Source of the DNA: Orbicella franksi
Lineage: Eukaryota
Direction of reading: 5' to 3'
DNA length: 64,000 nucleotides
NCBI GenBank assembly: GCA_964199315.1
Contig: OZ116700.1
Coordinates: 4,092,001 to 4,156,000 of the forward strand
Shown: one piece after another, positions 24,401-34,312 of the stretch
How positions within the stretch are numbered: the stretch's first letter is position 1
How the letters are laid out: each line of letters starts with the position of its first letter
Translations under genes and position numbers: made by a program
Notes under the pieces: model-generated
What the model was told of the DNA's origin: nothing
What the model saw: only the letters and a program-made list of their open reading frames with translations
Databases searched by the model: none

Positions 24401-27400
24401 CCTCAAACGTGAAATCTTTGACATACTCATCTCTAAGAATCATGGCAGTGATCACGATGCCAGCCACACTTGGAAGAGATTGAAGCTGCTCTTTAAAGGT
24501 CGCCATTTGCTCTTGTTTGGAAATGTCAATCTGTTAGGGTCAAAAATATAAAACGCTGTTTGGAATTTTATCACCTTGCTTAAAGGTTCCACATTTACTG
24601 TGATTCAACAAAGCAACTTGCCCTTTATCTAACACTGAACCTTGTTAACCTCATTCTGTGTGTGGCGAACGTCTATCTAATAAAGCTTTTTTGGTATGAT
24701 AATGGCACACTGGTTACCTGGAACATATGTATCTTCGCGCCTGTCCTTCCCTCTAGCTTTCGCACTTCTTGACATTTGGCATCTGAGGGCTTTGAACGGC
24801 CAAGAAGTCCAATAGACTTTGCTCCATTCTCCGCCATCCAGCGAGCCACTTCAAATCCATATCCTCGAATACCTCCTGCCACTAAGTACGTTCTGTTTTC
24901 TTTCAGGCCACATTCATCTAAACCAGTTGGAAGTACAGGAATCTTGTCGAGATCACTTCTTTTTCCAGATAATGGAAACGCGAGAATTTGAAAAGAAATG
25001 CTCGAGGAGGCGTTTGTTTGATGTTGTGGTAATGACGTTTTGTCGAAGGAAGTGGCTACGGCTTCAATTGCTGTTGACAAGTCTTCAGAAACCAGCTGCA
25101 TTGCTAGAAGCTTTTCCAGGACTTCTTTGCCTTTCAGCAAATCAAGACTCGCTAAACTGAGCTTTTCGTAAACCTGCGGAGACCTGAGTATGTCTGCCAT
25201 ATCCTCTCTCTCATATCTGACATTTGTAGTTGCTGTAAATACGAGATCGCCAGTAAACTCGGAACTCAAGATTACAACTTTTCCTCCTCGTTTGAGCGAA
25301 CGACAACTTTCTTGAAGTGCATTTGGAGCAGGTGGGTAAAAAAACAAAACGGCGTCGAAGCTCTGAAAAGAATCATCATTGAGGCAAAAGGAACCTTGAT
25401 GGACCACACTTTCCGCACCCAACTCAAGAAGAAGGGCTTTTGTAGACGTTTGGCAAGTGTCAGGAATGGTGCAAAATACTCTGTGTCCGAGTGTTTTTGC
25501 AAGGGCAACTGCTGCTGGCCCAGGGCCACGGTTGGCTTCGTGTATCAGTAGTGACTGATTTTCTCCTGCTGATGCTACTCTTTGAAGAGCATAGGAAGCT
25601 ATGGCTAGGCACGCTGGGATGTAAGCCGCTTGTTCCTTTGTCAGGCTGCTTGGTTTTACAAACATGTTATTGGCTTGAATGGCAAGGGAAGGGGAAACCC
25701 GTCCAGAGGCGACCACAGCACACACTTCGTCTCCAATTTGTAAACGAGTCTTCTCGTTTTCACCATGTACGTCTGTCACCTTTCCAACAACGAAGACGCA
25801 TCCTTTTGGTTTGGCTAAATCAATCAGTGATTCTGAGGGTGTCCAGCAATATAGAAGATCTATTGAGAGCTCAGTGTGGGATGGCTTCGACAGGCTCTTC
25901 TCACGCAGGCAGAGAGTTGTTGACGAAGGGATACATGATAAGTACAATGAGCCCTTCTTCTTGCTTTCCATTTTCTGGTTTGTCGGTTGCTCTGGGGAAA
26001 GTTTTGTCCTGACCATACGACTAACAAAACGTTTGCCATTTCGAAAGGCAACCTCTTCTTCAAGGCTCTCACTCAGAATCTCCTCAGCCAATAAATCTGC
26101 TTCATGCATATCCTCTTTATTACTGAGGTCAACAGATATCATCATGATCTCAAGCTCTTCGAGGCGTGCTGTTCGTCGAAATCCCCAGACTGAAGAACTC
26201 CACGGGATAGTACAGGCAGACTTCGGACAGGCGTTTAACAGCTGTGTACGTTCGGTGACAAAGAAAAGTCGAGGACTCAGCAACTCCTTCTCTATCAGCA
26301 GTTTGAGCAAGAAGGCAGAACTGTCGAGGGCGAGGCGTTGACCTTGATCGATCACATCGAATGTGTCCGGCAGGATGTTCGTTTCCACAGGCCACGTGTT
26401 CACGAGCCTAAGATTGGATAATTGGTCAGGTGGTATGCCCGAAAAGGCTGCTCTGATTGCTTCCTCTGCCTCGATGTTGAAACATCTAGCATTTGGCAGA
26501 TCAACTGTGACAAAATTGACTTTGGCTGCCTGAAGTCGCGCGATTAAGGCATCTGAAAAGACGGAGGAATCTTTCAGCACAATGCAAGTAGGATTTCGGG
26601 TGGTTTCCTTCTGCCTTTGTAAAACATCCTCCATCCACTCCTCTTCAAAGGTTAGGTCATCAAAGGTAAATCGACGTTCTGTGCTAGTCAGCTCTGCAGT
26701 ACGAAAGTCATTTATTGTGAGTAACACTTTACCGGATGGACTCATGACGGTAATGTCAAATTTTCCAACTAGGGTCATATCCGCGGTCACGTGGCAGTAC
26801 AGCTGTTGGGTAGACGGCACGTCCCTTAACGTAATGCTCTTGAAACCCACTGGCACAAAGGAGGTATCTTCAGTTACAAAGTCCCCAATGGGAATAAAAC
26901 AGGATTGAAGGCAGGCGTCTAAAATGCAGGGATGGACAACATAACTTTCAGCTTCTGCTTGAATAGCCGGTAGTCCACTGATGTCAATCAAGCAGAGTCC
27001 CTCGTTATCGCGCTGCCATATTTCTTTAATGAGGGAGAACGTGGGTCCATAGTTAAACCCAAGCTTTTCGGATATTTCTCTGAAGCGCTCTGTTGTCATT
27101 TTCGTCATATTTGTCATCCGCTCCTCTAAAGCTGGACCAATTTGGTCAAAGGCTACGTACATTAAAAATGAAGAAAAGATTTAATATATGACTAAACTAT
27201 TTAGAAATATCTTGAACGCTTTGAGCAGAATTTCAATGTATGATGATTATCCTGTCAAGTGGTGTAAATAGTTATATGGGTTTTAACAGGTTTTCATTTT
27301 CCAACAGTATAATTAACGAGAAAATTAAATTTGATGTTATCGTGTTGTAGTCTTTTTAAAATGGTTTGTGGCCAACAACAAGTAAAAGATAAGAACAACA

Positions 27401-30400
27401 ACAACAACAACAACAACAGCAACAACAACAACAACAACAACAACAGCAACAGCAATAGCAATAATCAGAATTTTAAGACTGGTTTATCAACGTATTCGAA
27501 AACGTTTCAGCTATAGTAATACCTTTAGCTTCAAAATTCTCGCGTCTACGCAGCAGATCCAATGAAATGTTCCCACTGCTCAGAGCAATCTCTGACTGGT
27601 CATCCTGTAAGCTTGTAATGTAGAACTGAGCCTTGTCAATTTTGTCCTTCTTTTGGAAGCGTAATCGTAAGTAACGAACCTGAAAGTTCATAGAGAAAAT
27701 TTAGGCAATTATTGTACATCATATGTAGTATTTAAATCTTGCGAGAAAAAATTTGAAATTCGACACACTCTTTCAAGTTTACGCACATAATGTTACCTAC
27801 CTGTGTTTCGGGAAGGGTAAGAAGATTCAAGAGCTTCACATCAGTAAGTTCCAAGCAAGCAACATCTACGAATTTGTCCTTCACCATAGCAAAGGCCATT
27901 TCCACGTAGCCAGTTCCAGGCATCACAGCGCCTCCCTGAATAAAAGCATGATCCTTTAGAAGAGGGAAACGATGGAGGTCAATCTCAGTTTCCCAGCAGT
28001 GAAGGCCTGAATACGGCTCGGTCATCTTCACTTGTGCTAGAAAGGGATGGGCAAGCTTCTTTGTGGTTTCCTCAGCACCAATTGGAGGAATTATGGTTTG
28101 AAGCGGATTGTCCCTGAACCAAAAATTCCTTTCAAGCCATGGGTAGTGAACTGAACGGACAAACCTGGCTGATGGATTCTTCTGTACTAAAGACCAATCT
28201 ATGGGCAATCCCATTGTATACAGTCTACAAACTGTGTTCTGAAGAAAGCATCGGTGTTGGTCTTTAACAGGTACTCTCTTGCGAGGAAGAGTTGCGATGA
28301 CAACTGGAGTTTCTTGCTTACTAAGATCCTCTTGACTAGCAATCTGTTTCACATAGTGGGCTAAAATGGGCTGCGTGCTGATCTCAATAATCTGCTTGTA
28401 ACCATCGTGTATCAGGTGCTTCATCGCGGGATAAAACTGGACTGGACAGCGAATATTGCGCCACCAATAATCGCCGTTAAACTTCTGACCTGGGAGAACG
28501 TCACCCTCAACGGTAGAGTAAACAGGAATTTTCGACAATTGGGGGTTTAGCTTGATGCGTTTCATAGTTGCTTGAAAAGGCTTTCTGATGGGTTCCATAT
28601 GCGTGCTGTGAAATGCACGTTTTGTTCCAAGAACGCGCCAGAAGGTGTCTTTAGCGTGCATTTTTAGGTGTTGACCCAAAGCTTCGATTGACTGGGCTTC
28701 CCCAGAAACTGTGACACTTTTTGCATCATTAACTGCAGCAATGTCAAGTGTACTACTTAACTTCAGGTCCATCAGTAATGCTGTGGCGTCTTCCGCAGAC
28801 ATGCCTAGAGCCGCCATACCACCATTATTAGGGGATTTTTCTTGCAGAGTTGAGCGAGCCAGCACCAGCTGAACAGCTTCTTTGACTGTTATGATCCCAG
28901 CAACACAGGCAGCTGCAAATTCTCCTAAACTGTGACCAATGACGGCGGATGGATGGATTTTCCAGGACATAAGCAGACTTGCTGTTGCGTACTGGATAGC
29001 AAAAGTGGCTGGTTGTGCAATGTAATTCTCTGAAATTCTTGAAATGTCCTCTGGCGCCATCAGCTCGTCCATGAGCGACCACTTCATACCTTGCTCATTG
29101 AGTAAATTGCTCACCGTCAAAACAGCTTCTCTGAAGACAGCTTCACATTCAATTAACTGTCTTCCCATCGCATACCACTGAGAGCCCTGACCACCAAACA
29201 TGAAAACGAGCTTTCCATCATTGGATTTCACTTCTGCGTAGGAAACCAACTTATCCCATCCCATGGAGTCATCAGCGTAGTCTGCTAGAGAATTGGATGC
29301 TTCGGCTGTGGAACCAAAAGCAAGGGCCAACCGATGTGGGAATTGACTGCGCCGTTCATTCAAAGAATAGCATAGGTTTTCCACAAAACGCTCATCCATG
29401 TCTTCTACATTATTCTTGATCCATTCTGAGTAACGTCTTGCCATCTTCTGTAGAGCTTCTTTTGAGCGTGCTGACAAGGTGAGGACGTTATTTAGGCGAT
29501 TAACGCTCATTTCATATGAGCATTGCTTTGAGGGAACTTCACGAAGGATAAGATGCACGTTTGATCCTCCAAAACCAAACGAGTTTAATGCTGCAATCCG
29601 GGGTTTTCCCTTTTCTGTTACCCATGGTTCAGTTGTTCGTTGCACAACAAATTCGTTTTCTTCCAGCTTAAGCTTGGGATTCAGCGCATTTATATCAACA
29701 GTTGGCACATATTTCTTCTCTTTGATCATCAGAGCGACCTTGATTAGCCCAGCAAGACCGGAGGTAGATTCTGTATGATTGAGGTTTGACTTAACAGAAC
29801 CAATCCTTAACTTACGTTTGGACGTTGCCGTTCGCCTGCTGTAGGTATCAGCTATCGAGTCAATCTCTACCACATCTCCAATTGCGGTACCAGTGCCATG
29901 CGCCTCGAAAAAATCCACATCTTGTGGATCCACTCCTGACTGCTCTAGCACCCTTCTGGATAGTTCAGCTTGCATCTTTGAACTCGGAGCGGTCATTGGC
30001 ACAGCATTTTGCCCATCGCTATTCATTCCACAGGCAACGATCTCGCAGTATTCGTCATCTTTGTCGTTCAAAGCTGCATGTGACATCTTCAAAATAACTG
30101 CTGCAAAACCTTCTCCTCGTCCATAGCCATCTCCGGAAGCATCAAAACTTTTACTACGTCCGTCAGGTGCAAGGAGTCCACCTAAACTGGATGCTATCTG
30201 AACCATCTCACTAAGGATAATGTTAGGTGCGCAAACGATGGCTATTTCGCACTCGTCATTGTGCAGGTTGTCATAGGCGATTTTGAGTGCAGTTAAGGAT
30301 GAAGAGCATGCCGTGTCAACGACCAAGCTTGGACCTGTCAGATTTAGACAGAAGGACACCCTGTTGGCGATAATAGACAATGTGCTTCCTGTCGCGGCAA

Positions 30401-33400
30401 ATTGGTCCATAATGCTGTAATTTGATGGATCTGATGCGAGTTTTGAGTGATCAAGGTTCATCACGCCGACAAACACCCCTGTTCTGCACTTTTGAAGATC
30501 CTCCAGTCGCATTCCAGCATCTTCAATGGCCTCATATACAACTTGTAGTAGAATTCGTTGCTGAGGATCCATTCCACGGGCTTCCTGATCGGATATACCA
30601 AAGAACTTGTTGTCAAAGTATTTTATTTCTTCTAAATAGGAACCTTTGACAACAGAATGGCGTCCTGTAACAAACCGCTTAGGATTGTAGTACTCAAAGA
30701 AGACCTTATGTTGCTCGGGTCTGTTCTCGGGGTACGCAGTAATCGAACTCTTTCCTTGCTCAAGTAAATGCCAAAACTCGTCCTTGCTCTTTGCTCTGGG
30801 AAATCTGCAGCTGATGCCAACGACTGAAATTCCAGGGCGTTTAGACCTGAGCTGATGTATATCGCCATTTCGTACTTGCAACGATACTTCGTCGGTTTGT
30901 TCCTTGGGAGTTGGTTGTATATGTATGTCACTTTGAGAATCAAAACTGTGCACCAACTGGAGGAACAGAGCGATTATTGCCGGGAAAATAACAAGGGCGT
31001 GAGTCACCCCCAGAATAAGGACCAGCGGGACAAGACGATGGAAAACTTCAGATAGACTTGGGTAAATAAACCCCAGTGAAACTGATCCAGATGTTGTTAT
31101 CAATGCTTCAGTTATCACAGACCACCCAACAGAGCAGAGGGCCTCGGCCATCCGACCTCGTATTTTTAACTTTGCTGAAAATACCAATGAATTAGCCACC
31201 AGATTGCTGAAATTCAGGGCTTGCACCATTGTCATGAAAAGAGATAGAAAGTAGATGTGGTTTAGATGAATTCCCCACGCTTGCATTATAGCTGCTGCCT
31301 CTAACACGAGAAAATCAAATGTTGCTGCCAGGAAGAGACTAATTCCGAGACTTGCGTTTGAGAATAGAGAAAACATAAACACTACTACCGTGGCAGTTAT
31401 AAAAACTATGATGACTACTTCTCGTTCCAACAGAAAGAGGTCGTCAAGATCAAAAAATTTCTCGGAGACTGGTACTGCTTCCAGGGAAGACTGTTCCAGC
31501 AAATATTTTCTAAGTTTCTCTAGTGATCGTCTGTCTTCTCGAAATCGGTTATGTAGTTCTATCTTGAGATGGATTCGAGATGCCAGAATTCTAGGCTGAG
31601 ACTCCGTATCCTCGAGACGTAAGTCTTGTCGAAAGGGGCCGTTGTGGATTTGATCGAGGAAAAGTTCTAAGCACCGGTAGAATTCTGAGTTTGAGCAGGT
31701 CATGTTTTGACGTTGTTTCCACTGCCGAAAGGCGGCCATCCAACAGAATGATTGCCCCTCGTAGAAGGAAGCTTCTTGCAGTTCCACGCAAAGGTTTATT
31801 ATTTTATTCTGTACAGTGTTCTGTGAATAGTCAATATCCTCCGAGAATACGATGCTTGTATCGGTTTCTTTACCAAAGTACTTTAGTTGTGCCTCATTAA
31901 ACTGTTTGAAATGATCAAGTTGGTTAAGTGATTCGGTGGTGCCCATTCGCTCATCAGGCTTTGAAGCAGACAACACACACAAACCTAGGATACAGGCAAG
32001 AATGAAAAGTGACAAAATTTTTCCACCAAGGGACGTTGTTATCCGTGTAAGGCCTTTCACGACGCGTCGAATTTTCGATTTTGGGCATTGCACGAGTCCT
32101 TGTTCTAAGCCTCCAAGGCTTGTTATTGAAGATCTTCTTCTACTTGAGCGCAGACAAGGAATGTTCAATTTCTCCAACCTGCTTTCAAAATACATCAACA
32201 CTATGACTGTTACCGCAAAGGATGCTAATGAAACTAATACATAGGCTACTAGTGTTGCCACGAAAAATTCTGAAATCACATCAAAGGAAGATTTGATCGC
32301 AATCCCAAAAAGAATAGCTCCACATAGCCCCGAAAATGCAGTGAGGAGTCCCGCTCTAGTAAAGCAGGAGCTGACTCGATGTTCAAGTGATGGCACTTTC
32401 TTTTGCCGCTCCCATTCCACAAGAAATAGTATTGTGTCTGAGACTGCTTTTCCCACAAGAAAAAAGGGAATAAACAGTGTCGTTGGGAAAAGGGATGTGT
32501 TGGTCATTGAGATGATACCCGCAGAACAGGTCATGGGGAATACAATAGATGAAATCATCAGTAACACTGTTGCTAGGCAACTGAGATTATCAAAGGAAAG
32601 GAATATGAGAGTAAAGATAAGAACAGCCATTGCCACTGCTGTAACGTAAAGTGGCAATAGCTCCACTGTCAAGACGCTTTCCAATGCATCGTTTCTTGTT
32701 TTTCCAGTCTTGAAGACGAGTTCTGCACATTTTAAGTGACGTCCCAACGACGAGAGGAGACTCTCAAAAGATGTTTCAAAGTTCACAACTGATTCGTCGT
32801 CTTCTTTAGTGGTTGTCTTTTTAAGGAAGTAAATAAGTCGAAGAGCGTCGGCCCGAGCAGTCGGTGGATCTGTTTTCCGTTGAACTTTAAAATTACTCAA
32901 CAATCGCTTAAAGGAAGAATTGAAAGTTTGGCCAGAGGAGAGAACGACAGTGGAATTCGCCAACTCACCAACCAGAATAGAAGAAAGGTTCCCCAGATTT
33001 TCAAACTTTGTGCCAGCTAATTCGAGAGGACTGCTGATGATACAGTTACGTTCCTCTGGTTTGTCTGGAAGCAATTGCCTGGAGCATATTTCACTATAGC
33101 CAGTAATGTTCTCTATGGTCTGGTGGACGAGAACGGCGTCTTTCAAACAATCTTCACTAAGGATATCTTGGCCATGTTTAGGGACCATGATGATCTGTTC
33201 TTGGCGCGCTTCAAGAAGAGGAAAGAACTGCGCTGCATGATGCAAGTCTTTCCTGGACTGGCTGTCAGTCGCAGTGAAGCGTTCAACAGAGGGAAGTTCG
33301 ACGCGAAGGCGAATGAATCCTAGACAGCTTACAGTAACAACCATGAGCGACAGAAGAAGGACAACCCATGGTTTACGAGCTAGAAGGAATCCCAACTTCT

Positions 33401-34312
33401 CGAACGTTTTTTCGTAGAAAAGGCGGGTGCCATAAGATAGGTATCTTCGTCCTCTGTTGATGTTCCCACACCCAAGGCGACGCTTTTTACGGGTCGGGTG
33501 AATATGGTACGATCTAGACGCAAATATGCGATTTTTTTAACTACTGGTTTTGTTTTTATTGAAAACTTATAGTTAAGGTAAAGAACGAGAGACCGAAGTT
33601 CGTGTGGTTGCTAAGGTATAGAGATACTGAAAATTGCGAACAAACGACGAGAATGCCATTTTTTTTAAGGAGTATGTTATTTATTGAAAAATTGTGGTTT
33701 AGCTAACATGAGCCCGAAATGAAATGAAACGATCGACATAAATTTGCTATAAACTAAATCAGTTGCATCCCTTTTGGGTTACAACAAAAACTAGGAGATG
33801 TGTATTTTCATCTTAAGTCCTCGTATCCATTTTAAAATATTTTCACTAATTCAAGATCATTTCCTAGGTACTTGTTCCGAAGAGCTTATGTTCTCAAACT
33901 AGTTTACACAGAAAAACGACATGTTTGCGTTTAAAAGTTTAGGAAAGCGATGAAGAATTTGTCAGTCGTAAAATGTTAACTTAGCTGAGTATCGTAATCA
34001 GTGTTGGTACTATTAACACTTCTTGACTGGGGTCATTCCTGACTAGGACAGCACAACCTACCGGTTGCTTATGAGAGGGATTTTGACGGAAAAAAGTGAA
34101 GACACTGAAAAATTGAGTCTGAATTAATAATAAGGGGAGAGACAGTTTCCTTCCTACAAATTTACTACAGTGGACCGAGGTCCGTATCGCCGCAAGACTG
34201 ACTGAGAATGGAAATTCTGGAAATTGAGAAAACATGAACACGATGGAAATGACACATACACAAGGATTTCTTACTCGAAACGCTGGGTGGCTGAGGTAAC
34301 TGCGAAGGGCAT
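18452..34312 (-). CDS. Patched/RND-like 12-TM domain fused to FAS-like iterative type I polyketide synthase (KS-AT-DH-pseudoKR-ER*-KR-ACP-TE) with C-terminal PH-like domain, ~3,564 aa
   Basis: Exons: [34312-34275 tentative], 33513-27801, 27679-27523, 27152-24718, 24530-24368, 23951-23673, 23026-22638, 22519-22220, 21558-21241, 20583-20353, 20130-19809, 19236-19108, 18672-18452. All have GT/AG sites with matching phases; total 10,695 nt. Motifs: KS DTACSSS/EAHGTGT/KSNLNHTE; AT GHSLGE/AFHS; DH DHAFIQGGAVMPG/HPCILDACLQ; KR AGGIRGYG/LRD/SYSACN; ACP YGLDSA; TE GYSYG/MIDT/PGDHFS. Confidence 0.93.
27394..27465. repeat. (AAC)n microsatellite in a PKS intron
   Basis: Interrupted AAC/AGC/AAT run inside intron 27153-27522. 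Confidence 0.9.
28300..30830 (-). other. KS (about 30830-29540) and AT (about 29210-28300) domains
   Basis: ISVVGISCRFP start, MDPQQR, active Cys codon at 30308-30306, HGTGT, NSFGFGGSNVH; FMFGGQGSQW, GHSLGE, RAFHS. Confidence 0.95.
30960..33513 (-). other. N-terminal Patched/RND-like membrane module of the megasynthase
   Basis: TM1 (KPWVVLLLSLMVVTVSCLGF), a Cys-containing luminal domain, a five-helix SSD-like bundle, TM7, a second luminal domain (ILASRIHL) and five more TM helices. It is collinear with the neighbouring PTCHD protein. Confidence 0.88.

Noticed and set aside
25900-26700. C-methyltransferase domain between DH and ER
   Set aside because: No SAM-binding motif, and the segment is only long enough for the pseudoKR subdomain.
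27331-27516. Poly-Asn ORF
   Set aside because: Intronic (AAC)n microsatellite read on the opposite strand.
8557-33323. Numerous plus-strand ORFs of 60-220 aa overlapping the minus-strand genes (also at 59985-63888)
   Set aside because: Antisense shadows of real coding exons, with no motifs or independent splice structure.
33393-33395. ORF-track start of the 1,887-aa ORF
   Set aside because: It is a TTG. The frame is open further upstream to an acceptor at 33513, so the true ATG is in an upstream exon.
18452-33513. Bacterial contaminant or recent horizontal transfer of a pks-mmpL locus
   Set aside because: Twelve spliceosomal introns, animal-type repeats inside introns, a Patched-type (not MmpL-type) membrane module and linkage to macoilin.
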